Shown here piece by piece: positions 24,674 to 35,497 of a DNA stretch of 64,000 nt. Each line of letters opens with the position of its first letter. The first letter of the stretch is position 1. Where the stretch lies: the sequence record ON528725; one strand, written 5' to 3'. This DNA comes from Shigella phage ESh15. The notes beneath the pieces were generated by a model, which was not told the origin of the DNA, ran no database searches, and worked only from the letters and a program-made list of their open reading frames with translations. Both the position numbers and the translations under genes were made by a program.

Positions 24674-25342
24674 TTATTTTAATGTTACGAAAGAAGAATT
24701 ACGAGTTTCACGAATTAGAACTGATCCATCGCGATTAATATAATAAATTAAGCTAAATAATGTTTGGTGAGCAGAAGCATGCACAAAACTAGTTGGGCGA
24801 GATTTCCAATCTGGGGTTTCGGCTATCCATTGATAAATCCACCAAGGAACAGTGACATATCCTGGGCCTTTGCCTAATTTAATGAGTGTAGGACTAAAAT
24901 TTTCAGGCAGAACAAAATTTACTTCTTTATTTACTTCTGTCTCAGGCTCTTTTTCAGATTCAACAACCTGAGTAATTGCTTCTTCGAATTTATCATGGTC
25001 GAATTCTTTTTCTTGTTCGACAACTTCTAATACTTCAACTTGTTCTGTTGGAGAATCAAACAACAGAATAGCTTCTTCTTTAACTTCTTCGTTGGTGAAA
25101 TTAACACCGTCCACATCATCTGCGGCAGTAATTAAATCGGTGATAGATAATCCATCAGTTTCAGGTAATGGTTCATCAGCCAGTGCGTTAAGAGCTTCTT
25201 CGATATCAATAACAATATTATCGAATGATTTTGTTTTCTTAACACTAATGCCAAATTGTTCTGCATATTCAAACAGTTTAGCTTTGGCTTCCTTTTTATC
25301 AGAAAGAGCACGTAACTCTTCAATATAGTCTTTATCGATCAT
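24674..25342 (-). CDS. inh: Inh, inhibitor of prohead protease
   Basis: 222 aa acidic protein between hoc and uvsW as in T4. Confidence 0.8.
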   Translation of the reverse strand: MIDKDYIEELRALSDKKEAKAKLFEYAEQFGISVKKTKSFDNIVIDIEEALNALADEPLPETDGLSITDLITAADDVDGVNFTNEEVKEEAILLFDSPTEQVEVLEVVEQEKEFDHDKFEEAITQVVESEKEPETEVNKEVNFVLPENFSPTLIKLGKGPGYVTVPWWIYQWIAETPDWKSRPTSFVHASAHQTLFSLIYYINRDGSVLIRETRNSSFVTLK

Positions 25343-25355
25343 GGTATTTCCTCAT

Positions 25356-25363
25356 TATAAATA
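25356..25363 (+). promoter_or_regulatory. Late promoter TATAAATA upstream of uvsW
   Basis: Exact TATAAATA 29 nt before the uvsW start in the divergent inh/uvsW intergenic region. Confidence 0.65.
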
Positions 25364-25392
25364 TAACTATATTTATTACATGGTAATTTGAC

Positions 25393-26907
25393 ATGACTGA
25401 CATTAAAGTACATTTTTATGATTTTAGTCACGTTCGCATTGAATGCGACGAAAGTACGTTTTACGAACTTCGTGACTTTTTTAGCTTTGAAGCTGACGGG
25501 TATAAATTTAACCCAAAATATCGCTATGGGCAATGGGATGGTAGAATTCGACTTTTAGATTACAATCGTTTGTTACCATATGGACTTGTAGGACAAATAA
25601 AAAAGTTCTGTAACAATATGAGTTATTCTGTATGGATTGACCCTAAAATCTTTGAGACTGAAGACCTTACTAGGGAAGATTTTGACGCATGGCTTTCTAA
25701 ACAAGAAATTTATTCAGGCAACGCCAAAATCGAACCACATTGGTATCAAAAAGATGCAGTATATGAAGGTCTAGTTAATCGTCGTCGAATTTTAAACCTT
25801 CCGACATCAGCAGGTAAATCACTAATCCAAGCACTTTTAGCTCGGTATTATCTAGAGAACTATGAAGGTAAAATTCTCATTATCGTCCCTACAACAGCAT
25901 TGACAACCCAGATGGCTAATGATTTTGTTGATTATCGCTTGTTTAGTCATTCGATGATTAAGAAAATTGGCGGTGGTGCTGATAAAGCGGACAAATCTAA
26001 AAACGACGCTCCAATTATTGTTGGCACATGGCAAACGGTAGTTAAGCAGCCTAAAGAATGGTTCTCTCAGTTCGGTATGATGATGAACGATGAATGCCAC
26101 TTAGCAACAGGCAAAAGTATTTCTTCAATCATCTCAGGATTAAATAATTGCATGTTTAAATTCGGTTTATCTGGCTCATTAAGAGACGGAAAAGCCAATG
26201 TAATGCAGTACGTAGGCATGTTCGGCGAAATCTTCCGTCCTGTTAGCACGTCTAAATTAATGGAAGACGGACAGGTAACTGAGCTTAAGATTAATAGTAT
26301 TTTCCTTCGTTATCCAGACGAATTCGCCACCAAATTAAAAGGTAAAACATACCAAGAAGAAGTTAAAATTATTACCGGACTAAAACGACGCACAAAGTGG
26401 ATTGCTCAACTTTCAGTCAAATTGGCTAAGAAAGACGAGAACGCCTTTGTAATGTTTAAACACGTTACACACGGTAAAGAAATATTTGAAGCTATTAAAG
26501 AGCTTGGATACGAAAAAGTTTATTACGTATCAGGTGAAGTTGATACTGAAACACGTAACGCGCTTAAAGTCATGGCAGAAAATGGTAAAGGCATTATTAT
26601 CGTCGCATCATATGGAGTATTCTCTACTGGTATTTCAGTCAAGAATCTTCATCATGTTATTTTTGCCCATGGTGTTAAATCAAAAATTATCGTACTTCAA
26701 ACCGTAGGTCGCGTGCTTCGTAAGCATGGTTCTAAAGCTGTTGCTACAGTTTGGGATCTCATTGATGACGCAGGTGTAAAACCTAAATCATTAAATACTA
26801 AAAAGAAGTATACTCATCTTAATTACTTGTTAAAACACGGTATTGATCGTATCCAACGTTACGCTGATGAGAAATTTAACTATGTAATGAAAACAATTAA
26901 TTTATAA
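25393..26907 (+). CDS. uvsW: UvsW DNA/RNA helicase (SF2)
   Basis: 504 aa; near-identical to recalled T4 UvsW; helicase motifs NLPTSAGKS and MMNDECH. Confidence 0.95.
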   Translation: MTDIKVHFYDFSHVRIECDESTFYELRDFFSFEADGYKFNPKYRYGQWDGRIRLLDYNRLLPYGLVGQIKKFCNNMSYSVWIDPKIFETEDLTREDFDAWLSKQEIYSGNAKIEPHWYQKDAVYEGLVNRRRILNLPTSAGKSLIQALLARYYLENYEGKILIIVPTTALTTQMANDFVDYRLFSHSMIKKIGGGADKADKSKNDAPIIVGTWQTVVKQPKEWFSQFGMMMNDECHLATGKSISSIISGLNNCMFKFGLSGSLRDGKANVMQYVGMFGEIFRPVSTSKLMEDGQVTELKINSIFLRYPDEFATKLKGKTYQEEVKIITGLKRRTKWIAQLSVKLAKKDENAFVMFKHVTHGKEIFEAIKELGYEKVYYVSGEVDTETRNALKVMAENGKGIIIVASYGVFSTGISVKNLHHVIFAHGVKSKIIVLQTVGRVLRKHGSKAVATVWDLIDDAGVKPKSLNTKKKYTHLNYLLKHGIDRIQRYADEKFNYVMKTINL

Positions 26908-26932
26908 GGGCTTCGGCCCTTAGGAGATAAAA

Positions 26933-27166
26933 ATGGTACTTGAATTTAAACAATTTTTATACGAAGCATCTATTGACGAATTCATGGGTAAAATTGCTAA
27001 TTGTCATACCTTAGAAGGGCTTGAAGAATTGGAAGCTTATTATAAGAAACGTATAAAAGAAACGGAATTAAAAGATACAGATGATATTTCTGTCAGGGAT
27101 GCCTTAGCAGGTAAGCGTGCCGAACTTGAAGGCGACGATGATGAGGATGAGGAAGAAGACTTCTAA
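26933..27166 (+). CDS. uvsW.1: UvsW.1 small acidic protein
   Basis: 77 aa with acidic tail DDDEDEEEDF immediately after uvsW. Confidence 0.8.
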   Translation: MVLEFKQFLYEASIDEFMGKIANCHTLEGLEELEAYYKKRIKETELKDTDDISVRDALAGKRAELEGDDDEDEEEDF

Positions 27167-27170
27167 TTAA

Positions 27171-27200
27171 AAAAAGGCCCGACCTTTTTGGAAGGGCCAA
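27171..27200. terminator. Possible bidirectional terminator between uvsW.1 (+) and the small minus-strand ORF
   Basis: AAAAAGG-cccga-CCTTTTT and alternative GGCCC/GGGCC pairings; structure ambiguous. Confidence 0.3.
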
Positions 27201-27223
27201 AACCATAGGCAAAAAAGGTAACA

Positions 27224-27391
27224 CTATAGTAAAAGTTGGGTTTCGTTCAATTGCTCTTCTGAACTTTCTGAAACCGGTAATTGTTGGACATAATTATAAC
27301 AAGGACCAGGATGTGCTGGACCTTTGTCTGTTTCAACAACCAATGCAGAATCGATTGGAGTTTTACAGACAACACAAATCTTATCTGACAT
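27224..27391 (-). CDS. Hypothetical 55-aa Cys-rich protein (position of T4 uvsY.-2)
   Basis: Below the 60-aa ORF-track cutoff; AGGAGG 5 nt before ATG; CxxC ... HPGPC zinc-ribbon-like spacing. Confidence 0.6.
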   Translation of the reverse strand: MSDKICVVCKTPIDSALVVETDKGPAHPGPCYNYVQQLPVSESSEEQLNETQLLL

Positions 27392-27423
27392 GATTGCCTC
27401 CTAAGTTGAAATTACATATCTAT

Positions 27424-27648
27424 TTATACAACTCGCATGCACATATCGATACCCATATCTTTTGTATAAAAATACTCGTCGATGTACCCGGCAAACTTCC
27501 CTTTAATATAAAGGACGTCTTCGCCACAAGGGTGGTCTGCCAGAATACGAATATCCTGACGACGTAGACGATACTTTTCCATTAAGAATTTAATTTCAGT
27601 TTCAAATTCTTCATCATTATTAAAGGCATCTTCAATTGAATAACGCAT
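27424..27648 (-). CDS. Hypothetical protein (position of T4 uvsY.-1)
   Basis: 74-aa ORF; start overlaps the uvsY stop (TAATG). Confidence 0.7.
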   Translation of the reverse strand: MRYSIEDAFNNDEEFETEIKFLMEKYRLRRQDIRILADHPCGEDVLYIKGKFAGYIDEYFYTKDMGIDMCMRVV

Positions 27649-28061
27649 TATTGCCCCGCTTCAAATTCTCGCATATCCTGGATATGTTTAAGTGCAAAAC
27701 TACGAGACTTGACTGCGTCAAGTGCACCACTACAGAACTCAAGTAAAATTCCCCAGTATTGTAAAGTAGTCTCTATTTTAAGCACATCTTTATCTGCAGC
27801 CAGGACAGTTTTCATTTCAGATTTCTCATATCGGTCCATACTGAATTCATCACCGTCACCTCGTCCCGAGTAGTAGTCTAATCTTGCTTTTAGAGCAGTT
27901 TTCTTCTGAGTCTCTATACGCAGCATTTCTTTACGAATAAATGAGTGCTTACGTAGCCATTTGCTATATAACTTAACATTATTCGCCGTCTCATATTGCA
28001 ACTTTGTCGTATCAATAGCTAAGTCTGCGTCTAACTCTTCCTGTAAATCTTCCAGCTTCAT
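27648..28061 (-). CDS. uvsY: UvsY recombination mediator protein
   Basis: Start moved to the internal Met (MKLEDLQEEL...) giving 137 aa as in T4; near-identical to recalled T4 UvsY. Confidence 0.93.
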   Translation of the reverse strand: MKLEDLQEELDADLAIDTTKLQYETANNVKLYSKWLRKHSFIRKEMLRIETQKKTALKARLDYYSGRGDGDEFSMDRYEKSEMKTVLAADKDVLKIETTLQYWGILLEFCSGALDAVKSRSFALKHIQDMREFEAGQ

Positions 28062-28116
28062 AATGTTCTCTCTTTTAACTAATAATCTCCCGGCTGTATC
28101 GGAAGGACCTAAAACC

Positions 28117-28141
28117 ATTATACATAGGTTGCCTTGAAGCA
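28117..28141 (-). promoter_or_regulatory. MotA-dependent middle promoter for uvsY
   Basis: Minus-strand reading aaTGCTTCAaggcaacctatgTATAATgg: MotA box 12 nt upstream of TATAAT. Confidence 0.6.
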
Positions 28142-28540
28142 TTACACTCTATTGCTTGACGCTAACTGAAGTTTAATTTGTTCAATATCGTCAGGGTTGT
28201 CTACGACCGAAAATCTAATCTCTACTATAACCGTATAGTCATCATATACTGGCGTTACACTTACAGAAAGTTTGTCGATGCGTGGCTCATAGTTACGAAC
28301 AGCTGCCTGGATATTACGCTCAATCGTATCGGCTGTAAGTGGTGTCATGTTCTCGAAAAGTTCATCAACCAAATCGCATCCAAATTCAGGGTCGAAGGGG
28401 CGTGAGCCTTTTCTAGTTGTCACTATGCCAAGAAGACTATTTTTAATAGAACGAAGTCCTACAGAACGAGCAACGTCCTTGTTCCAATCCATACGCATTT
28501 CTGGGTCGATATCTGAATAAAGTTTATTGATATTAGACAT
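28142..28540 (-). CDS. 25: gp25 baseplate wedge subunit
   Basis: 132 aa; near-identical to recalled T4 gp25. Confidence 0.95.
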   Translation of the reverse strand: MSNINKLYSDIDPEMRMDWNKDVARSVGLRSIKNSLLGIVTTRKGSRPFDPEFGCDLVDELFENMTPLTADTIERNIQAAVRNYEPRIDKLSVSVTPVYDDYTVIVEIRFSVVDNPDDIEQIKLQLASSNRV

Positions 28541-29166
28541 TATAATAACTCAAAGAATTCTTTGAGGCCTCGTATTGTGTGAACGTGTGACGCCCCACAT
28601 TTGGGACATTTAATAGGGGTTGCCAGATAAATTGATGGCGATACCAAAAGATTTTTAATATTGATCATGTCATCTTCAGTTATAAGGCCGTAAAGGTCGT
28701 TTATTTCTGCTTCAGTTAAATCTTCAACAGGGATGGACTCTCCATTGACAAAAACAGCCTCAATACATGAAGCAATCATTAATGCGATATTTTTATCGTC
28801 AAATAATTTAGGTTGACGGAACTTAATTTTAATACCACTGAACGAATACCAGGGATCGGCCTGTTCATCTAATTGAGTGTGCAATAAATTCATATAGACT
28901 TGAAATGAATGCCCACAGGAACAATTCCAGGTGTGTTCTTGATTCACTTCACCTAATGAATGTGCCCACAGATTTACTAACAATAGCTCGGCTTCTTGTT
29001 TAGACAAGTTTTTAGCATTAGAGCAATTAGTGATAATATTGTTCACTGCTGATTCAATAGTACCGGTAGCACGAGCACCTATGAGCCCTAAATATTCTTT
29101 TAAAGTAAAGGCTCTACAATTCACTTCTTTATCGCCTAAACGTACGGTAAACGTATATTTGTACAT
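28540..29166 (-). CDS. 26: gp26 baseplate hub subunit
   Basis: 208 aa as in T4; synteny. Confidence 0.9.
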   Translation of the reverse strand: MYKYTFTVRLGDKEVNCRAFTLKEYLGLIGARATGTIESAVNNIITNCSNAKNLSKQEAELLLVNLWAHSLGEVNQEHTWNCSCGHSFQVYMNLLHTQLDEQADPWYSFSGIKIKFRQPKLFDDKNIALMIASCIEAVFVNGESIPVEDLTEAEINDLYGLITEDDMINIKNLLVSPSIYLATPIKCPKCGASHVHTIRGLKEFFELL

Positions 29167-29184
29167 GTTAACTCCTTTATTGTG

Positions 29185-29196
29185 TATTTATAAATA
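29185..29196. promoter_or_regulatory. Palindromic bidirectional late promoter TATTTATAAATA between genes 26 (-) and 51 (+)
   Basis: The 12-mer is its own reverse complement and gives TATAAATA on both strands, each 17-20 nt from the respective start codon. Confidence 0.6.
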
Positions 29197-29213
29197 ATAG
29201 AAAAGGAGTAATT

Positions 29214-29966
29214 ATGGCTAATATAATTCGTTGTAAATTACCGGATGGTGTTCATCGTTTTAAGCCGTTCACTGTGGCGGATTATAGAGACTTTTTACTA
29301 GTTAGAAATGATATCGAACATCGTTCGCCACAAGAACAAAAAGAAATAATTGCCGATCTGATTGATGATTATTTTGGCGAGTACCCTAAAACATGGCAAC
29401 CATTTATATTCCTGCAAGTTTTTGCAGGCTCTATAGGCAAAACAAAAGTTCCCGTTATTTTCACTTGCCCTAAATGCTCTAAAGAAAAAACTGCACCATT
29501 TGAGATATATCAAAAAGAACTAGTCGAACCTGAACTTGATGTTGCTGGTATAAAAATACGTTTTTCTTTCCCTGAAAAGTTTTATGACAACAAAGCATTA
29601 ATGATAAGTGAAAACATAAAAGAAATATATTATAATGATGAATGGTATCCATGGAATGATTTGACTGAAGAGAACCAAATCCAAGTAATAGAAGCAATAG
29701 ACATTGACTCTCTCGAGAAGGTTATTGCTTCTATGAACCCTATTAATTTGACCCTTAGATTAGGTTGTTGTGAACGCCATGTTAAAACATATACTGATAT
29801 CTTAGAGGTTTTTAAATTGTTAGTTAACCCTGATGAGATTTTTACATTCTATCAGATAAACCATTCACTAGTAAAGAGTCAATACACATTGGATTCTATT
29901 ATGCAAATGATTCCTGTTGAACGTGGTATTGCTTTAACATTAGTAGAAAAGGACCATAAAAAATGA
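29214..29966 (+). CDS. 51: gp51 baseplate hub assembly catalyst
   Basis: 250 aa vs T4 249 aa; synteny. Confidence 0.9.
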   Translation: MANIIRCKLPDGVHRFKPFTVADYRDFLLVRNDIEHRSPQEQKEIIADLIDDYFGEYPKTWQPFIFLQVFAGSIGKTKVPVIFTCPKCSKEKTAPFEIYQKELVEPELDVAGIKIRFSFPEKFYDNKALMISENIKEIYYNDEWYPWNDLTEENQIQVIEAIDIDSLEKVIASMNPINLTLRLGCCERHVKTYTDILEVFKLLVNPDEIFTFYQINHSLVKSQYTLDSIMQMIPVERGIALTLVEKDHKK

Positions 29967-31135
29967 CAGTATTCCAACGTCCAGGATATCCTAACTTAAG
30001 CGTTAAATTATACCAAGATTATTCGGCTTGGCAAGAAAATAGATATGTTGAACTCGCAGCAACAATAACAACTTTAACCATGCGAGATTCGCTATATGGA
30101 AGAAATGAAGGGATTCTTCAATTTTATGACACTAAAAACATCCACACTAAAATGGATGGTAGACAGATAGTCCAAATCTCTGTTTCAAATTCAAACACAC
30201 CTCTTCAAGTTAGAACTCGAATTTATGGATGTAGACATTATTCTGTGTCTGTGGACTCAAAAGGTGACAATATTATTGCAATTGAGCTTGGAACAATACA
30301 TTCTATAGAGAATCTTAAATTTGGACGACCATTCTTCCCAGACGCAGGAGAATCTATACGTGAAATGTTAGGTGTCATATATAAAGACCGTACGTTAATT
30401 ACTCCGCCAATAAACACTATTAATGCTTATGTTCCTGATATTCCTTGGACAAGCACATTTGATGATTATTTGGCATATGTCAGAGAATTAGGACTTGCTA
30501 CAGCGAGTGATAAGTTCGTATTCGTATGGCAAGATATTTTAGGCGTAAACATGATTGACTACGATACTCTTATTGGTCAGGAAGGCATTAAGATGATTGT
30601 AGGTGAGCCAAATACTGTAGGTCAGTATATTCAAGAGCTTGAGTATCCATTAGTATGGGATTTTACCTGGATGACTAAAGCCAACCAATTTACAAGAGAC
30701 CCTATTAAAAACGCCACGATATTCGCCCATTCATTTTTAGATACATCTATTCCGGTTATTGTTACAGGTGATGGTGATAATGCTATTCTTGTGTCAAGAT
30801 CTGGTGGATATTCCGAAATGACCTATCGTAATGGATTTGAAGAAGCAAGTCGTCTTCAGACAATGGCTCAATACGACGGATATGCTAAATGCACTACTAC
30901 AGGTAATTTTAACATAACGCCTGCTACTAAAATTATATTTGTTGACCAAAAGAACCAATTCAAATCCGAATTTTACGTGGATGAAGTTATTCATGAGTTA
31001 TCAAATAACAACTCACAAACTCATCTGTACATGTTTACCAACTCAATGGTGTTAGAACCTGTTAACCCAGTTAAGGTTAAAAATGAACTTAAATCTGATT
31101 CTACCTCTAAAGAAAATAATTCTACCACAGTCTAA
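29963..31135 (+). CDS. 27: gp27 baseplate hub subunit
   Basis: 390 aa vs T4 391 aa; synteny. Confidence 0.93.
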   Translation: MTVFQRPGYPNLSVKLYQDYSAWQENRYVELAATITTLTMRDSLYGRNEGILQFYDTKNIHTKMDGRQIVQISVSNSNTPLQVRTRIYGCRHYSVSVDSKGDNIIAIELGTIHSIENLKFGRPFFPDAGESIREMLGVIYKDRTLITPPINTINAYVPDIPWTSTFDDYLAYVRELGLATASDKFVFVWQDILGVNMIDYDTLIGQEGIKMIVGEPNTVGQYIQELEYPLVWDFTWMTKANQFTRDPIKNATIFAHSFLDTSIPVIVTGDGDNAILVSRSGGYSEMTYRNGFEEASRLQTMAQYDGYAKCTTTGNFNITPATKIIFVDQKNQFKSEFYVDEVIHELSNNNSQTHLYMFTNSMVLEPVNPVKVKNELKSDSTSKENNSTTV

Positions 31136-31616
31136 TAAAAAGGTAATGATTCCTAAATTAGGGCTCAAACATTATAATCTTTTAAAGGACGTTAAAGGTC
31201 CTGACGAAAACATGAAAATCTTAGCTGATTCTATTTGTAAAAATATGAGTCCCGCAGATTTTGATTTTGCATGTCTACACATATTGGAATTTAATAACAA
31301 ACTTAAGTCTGAAGTTGAAAAAGACGGATTCACATATAAACTAGATGACGTCTATGTATGCCAACGAACAGAATTCCAATTCCAAGGCAATACTTTTTAT
31401 TTTAGACCTCCAGGCAAATTTGAACAATTCGCTACAATCAGTGAAATGTTATCAAATTGCTTAATAAAAGTTAATGACGAAGAGAAAGAAATTTCTTTCC
31501 TTGAGATGCCTGCTTTTGTAATCAAATGGGCAGAAGACCTTTCGACAACTATTGCTATTCCAGGCCCTAATGGCCCTATTAAGGGTATAGCAGAAATTAT
31601 TGGATTGCTTGAATGA
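31083..31616 (+). CDS. 28: gp28 baseplate hub distal subunit
   Basis: 177 aa as in T4; 5' end overlaps gene 27 by 53 nt; AAGG RBS. Confidence 0.85.
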   Translation: MNLNLILPLKKIILPQSNKKVMIPKLGLKHYNLLKDVKGPDENMKILADSICKNMSPADFDFACLHILEFNNKLKSEVEKDGFTYKLDDVYVCQRTEFQFQGNTFYFRPPGKFEQFATISEMLSNCLIKVNDEEKEISFLEMPAFVIKWAEDLSTTIAIPGPNGPIKGIAEIIGLLE

Positions 31617-33385
31617 AACCTGAAGAAATGAAATCCATGCGTAGAAATAAGGTCATTGCCGATAATAAACCACAAAAAGTAGCTGCAACAGCAGCTACCG
31701 ATTCATTAGAAGCATTGAATGATATTTCATCAAAACTAGACGATGTCCAAGCCGCGTCTGAACTCACATCGCAAAGTGTAGAAGATAAAGGCAATGGAAT
31801 TATTGAATCAATTGGAGACTTAAAGAATTCGACAGATAATACTGCTGAAGGCACAGAGCTTATCGCAGAAGTTATTGAAAAACAAACTGAAGTCACTAAA
31901 AGTATAAATGAAGTTTCTAGTGCAATAAGCTCTAAGTTAGACCGATTAGCTACATTATTAGAGCAAAAATTACAAACATCTACCGCTATTCAAAATACAG
32001 GAGGCACCTCTCTTGAAGTAATTGAGAACGCAATACCTGTTAAAGTGGTTGAGAACGAAACTTCTGATGAGTTGTTTAAAGCATTACCTACACCTGAAAA
32101 GATTGATAATAAGCCAGACGAAGATTTCTTCCCAGCGCCGGTTCAAGAAAGTGCTAATTCTACTTCAGATCCTAAAGGTGGAATTAGCTTTAAATTGAGT
32201 GATAAAATTGCAATGCTCACCAAAACAGTTCAAGCCGGGTTTAATAAATCAATATCAATTTCAGACAGAATTGCTGGAATGCTTTTCAAATACACTATAA
32301 CGGCTGCTATTGAAGCAGCAAAAATGGCCGCACTTATTCTTGGTATTGTTATCGGTATTGATTTATTGATAGTCCATTTCAAATATTGGACAGACAAGTT
32401 CACTTCTGCCTGGGATTTATTTGATGAAAACTTTACTAAATTCTCCGATGAAGCTAAAGAGTGGGGTAAATTCTTAAGTGATATATTCACTTCTATTGAC
32501 TCGATAAAACAATTGTGGGAAGCTGGAGACTGGGGTGGTTTAACCGTTGCTATTGTCAAAGGTGTAGGAACAGCATTAATGAACTTAGGTGAACTAATTC
32601 AATTAGGAATGGCTAAACTCTCCGCGTCTATATTGCGTGCTATAGGTTTTGGTGATACTGCGGACGAAATAGAAGGACGTGCTTTGGAAGGATTCCAAGA
32701 AACTACTGGGAACAAATTAAAGAAAGAAGACCAAGAGAAAGTCGCTAAATATCAAATGAAGCGTGACGATGGGGAATTAGGAACCGTTTCTAAAGGTCTT
32801 GATATGTTACAACGCGGCAAAACATTCGTTACTAACTGGGTTCGTGGTAATGACAATAAAGAAGAGTTTAGTACAAGCGATGAGCGTGCTGCGGAATCGG
32901 CAAAATTAAAAGAGTTACCTGAAGAGGAACGTAAAGAGGCATACATAAAAGCGAATGAAACTCGTGCGGCACTGGTTAGATTTGAGGATTATATCGATAA
33001 AATCGATATGACTAATCCGGAAAATGCTAAAAACGTCGAGAAGTCTTATGCTGATTTAAGTAAACTTATTAAAGACCCTGAACTTAATAAAACTCCTGTT
33101 GTTAAAAAGGAAATAGATGCTAGATTTGAAAAGCTAAATAATAAAATGGCTGAAGCCAAAAAGGCTCAGACAACAGTTAAGCCTGAATCTTCGACTAAAT
33201 CTCCTGAAGCAAAACAAGTTCAGTCAATAGAGAAAGGACGTGCTTCTGAATCTAAACAACAGCAACCGGTAGCGGCGATTAGTAACACAAATAATGTCGT
33301 CAAAAAGAATACCGTAGTCCAGAATATGACCCCTGTAACAAGTACAACGGCTCCTGGAATTTTCCATGCCACCGGTGTTAATTAA
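31613..33385 (+). CDS. 29: gp29 baseplate hub subunit / tail length determinator
   Basis: 590 aa as in T4; synteny. Confidence 0.93.
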   Translation: MKPEEMKSMRRNKVIADNKPQKVAATAATDSLEALNDISSKLDDVQAASELTSQSVEDKGNGIIESIGDLKNSTDNTAEGTELIAEVIEKQTEVTKSINEVSSAISSKLDRLATLLEQKLQTSTAIQNTGGTSLEVIENAIPVKVVENETSDELFKALPTPEKIDNKPDEDFFPAPVQESANSTSDPKGGISFKLSDKIAMLTKTVQAGFNKSISISDRIAGMLFKYTITAAIEAAKMAALILGIVIGIDLLIVHFKYWTDKFTSAWDLFDENFTKFSDEAKEWGKFLSDIFTSIDSIKQLWEAGDWGGLTVAIVKGVGTALMNLGELIQLGMAKLSASILRAIGFGDTADEIEGRALEGFQETTGNKLKKEDQEKVAKYQMKRDDGELGTVSKGLDMLQRGKTFVTNWVRGNDNKEEFSTSDERAAESAKLKELPEEERKEAYIKANETRAALVRFEDYIDKIDMTNPENAKNVEKSYADLSKLIKDPELNKTPVVKKEIDARFEKLNNKMAEAKKAQTTVKPESSTKSPEAKQVQSIEKGRASESKQQQPVAAISNTNNVVKKNTVVQNMTPVTSTTAPGIFHATGVN

Positions 33386-33393
33386 GGATTATT

Positions 33394-34503
33394 ATGATTA
33401 GTGTAAAAGAAATAGTAGTAGATGCAAAGGATTTAAATAAAGCAATCCCAGTCTCAGAAAGTGCTGGGCAAAGCACTAAAACCGAAACAACTACTAAAAC
33501 TTATGTCGCTCAATTTCCTACAGGAAGAGCAGCCGGAAATGACTCCACAGGAGACTTCCAGGTAACAGACCTTTATAAGAATGGATTATTATTTACCGCG
33601 TACAATATGTCTGCACGCGATTCAGGATCCCTCAGGAATTTACGTCCGGCATACGCCGGGACTTCATCTAATGGTATCATATCAGATTTAACTGATAATG
33701 TGAAAGATGCAGTGACTAAATTCTCAAATGGGTTGCTTCCTGCCGGAGCTAATAAACCTACTATAAATAAAACTCCTGTTGCTAATATACTTTTGCCACG
33801 TTCCAAATCTGACGTTGATACAACTTCACATCGTTTTAATGATATCGGTGATAGCCTTATTACTAAAGGTGGAGGTACTGCTACAGGTGTTTTAAGTAAC
33901 ATTGCTTCTACTGCAGTCTTTGGTGCATTAGATTCTATTACTCAAGGGCTTATGGCTGATAATAACGAACAGATTTATACGACTTCTCGTAGTATGTATG
34001 GTGGTGCTGAGAACCGTACTAAAGTCTTTACATGGGATTTAACTCCGCGTTCAACTGAAGACCTTATGGCTATTATAAACATTTACCAGTATTTTAACTA
34101 TTTCTCATATGGTGAGACCGGTAAATCACAGTATGCCCAAGAGATTAAAAGTTATTTAGACGAATGGTACCGTTCAACGTTTATTGAGCCTATGACACCA
34201 GACGATGCAGTAAAAAATAAGACATTGTTTGAAAAGATTACTGCGTCATTAACAAACGTATTAGTTGTAAGCAACCCTACAATTTGGATGGTTAAAAACT
34301 TTGGTTATACGTCTAAATTTGATGGATTAACTGACGTATTTGGCCCATGTCAAATACAAAGCGTACGTTTTGATAAAACTCCAAATGGACAATTTAATGG
34401 TCTCGCTGTTGCTCCTAACTTACCGTCAACATTTACGTTAGAGATAACAATGCGAGAAATTATTACATTAAACCGTTCTTCACTTTATGCGGGGACTTTC
34501 TAA
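33394..34503 (+). CDS. 48: gp48 baseplate tail tube cap
   Basis: 369 aa; synteny. Confidence 0.92.
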   Translation: MISVKEIVVDAKDLNKAIPVSESAGQSTKTETTTKTYVAQFPTGRAAGNDSTGDFQVTDLYKNGLLFTAYNMSARDSGSLRNLRPAYAGTSSNGIISDLTDNVKDAVTKFSNGLLPAGANKPTINKTPVANILLPRSKSDVDTTSHRFNDIGDSLITKGGGTATGVLSNIASTAVFGALDSITQGLMADNNEQIYTTSRSMYGGAENRTKVFTWDLTPRSTEDLMAIINIYQYFNYFSYGETGKSQYAQEIKSYLDEWYRSTFIEPMTPDDAVKNKTLFEKITASLTNVLVVSNPTIWMVKNFGYTSKFDGLTDVFGPCQIQSVRFDKTPNGQFNGLAVAPNLPSTFTLEITMREIITLNRSSLYAGTF

Positions 34504-35465
34504 TGTACTCTTTAGAAGAATTTAATAACCAAGCTATAAATGCAGATTTCCAACGAAACAATATGTTTAGTTGTGTATTTGCTACTACCCCATCGACCAA
34601 ATCATCTTCACTAATTTCGTCAATTGGTAGTTTTGCTTATAATAACTTAGGGTTGGATTCCGATTGGTTAGGATTAACTCAAGGTGATATCAATCAGGGC
34701 GTAACAACCCTGATTACAGCAGGAACACAGAAATTAATTCGAAAATCAGGTATAAGTAAATATCTGATTGGAGCAATGAGCCAACGTACGGTACAAAGCT
34801 TGTTAGGTGAGTTCACGGTAGGATCTTATCTGATAGATTTCTTCAATATGGCATATAATAATACAGGTTTAATGATTTATTCTGTAAAAATGCCTGAGAA
34901 CCGATTATCGTATGAAACAGATTTCAACTATAACTCCCCGAACATCCGAATTACCGGCCGTGAAATGGACCCGTTAGTAATAAGCTTTAGAATGGATTCC
35001 GAAGCATCTAACTTTAGAGCAATGCAAGACTGGGTAAACTCAGTCCAAGACCCTGTAACAGGTCTTCGCGCTTTACCACAAGACGTCGAAGCAGATATTC
35101 AGGTTAATTTACATGCACGAAATGGTTTACCACATACCGCTGTCATGTTCACTGGATGTATTCCTGTTAGTGTCTCTTCTCCTGAGTTAACGTATGATGG
35201 TGATAATCAGATAACAGTTTTTGACGTAACATTTGCTTATCGCGTTATGCAATCAGGTGCTGTAAATAGACAGGCTGCTTTAGAATGGCTGGAATCAGGA
35301 CTTATTAGTAGTGTTTCAGGAATGTTCGGAAATAATCAAAATGATTCTGGGCTAGGAAGTGCAGTATCAAGACTTTCTAGATTAGGTGGGACTGCTGGAG
35401 GTGTGTCTAATATAAACACATTGACAGGTGTGGTGAATTCTGCATCAAGAGTTTTAGGTCTATAA
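34503..35465 (+). CDS. 54: gp54 baseplate tail tube initiator
   Basis: 320 aa as in T4; synteny. Confidence 0.92.
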   Translation: MYSLEEFNNQAINADFQRNNMFSCVFATTPSTKSSSLISSIGSFAYNNLGLDSDWLGLTQGDINQGVTTLITAGTQKLIRKSGISKYLIGAMSQRTVQSLLGEFTVGSYLIDFFNMAYNNTGLMIYSVKMPENRLSYETDFNYNSPNIRITGREMDPLVISFRMDSEASNFRAMQDWVNSVQDPVTGLRALPQDVEADIQVNLHARNGLPHTAVMFTGCIPVSVSSPELTYDGDNQITVFDVTFAYRVMQSGAVNRQAALEWLESGLISSVSGMFGNNQNDSGLGSAVSRLSRLGGTAGGVSNINTLTGVVNSASRVLGL

Positions 35466-35466
35466 G

Positions 35467-35492
35467 AAAAAGGGAGACAACGTCTCCCTTTA
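35467..35492. terminator. Bidirectional terminator between gene 54 (+) and the alt operon (-)
   Basis: AAAAA-GGGAGAC-aac-GTCTCCC-TTTA; same 7-bp stem as the gene 23, 30.9 and 32 terminators. Confidence 0.7.
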
Positions 35493-35497
35493 GGGGT

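Noticed and set aside
27648-28142. 164-aa extended form of the uvsY ORF
   Set aside because: The N-terminal 27 codons overlap the gp25 3' end and middle-promoter region; the protein matches T4 UvsY from the internal Met (MKLEDLQ...), giving the expected 137 aa.
31397-32559. Antisense ORFs of 92, 99 and 109 aa within genes 28 and 29
   Set aside because: Embedded in the conserved hub genes 28 and 29 with no translation signals.
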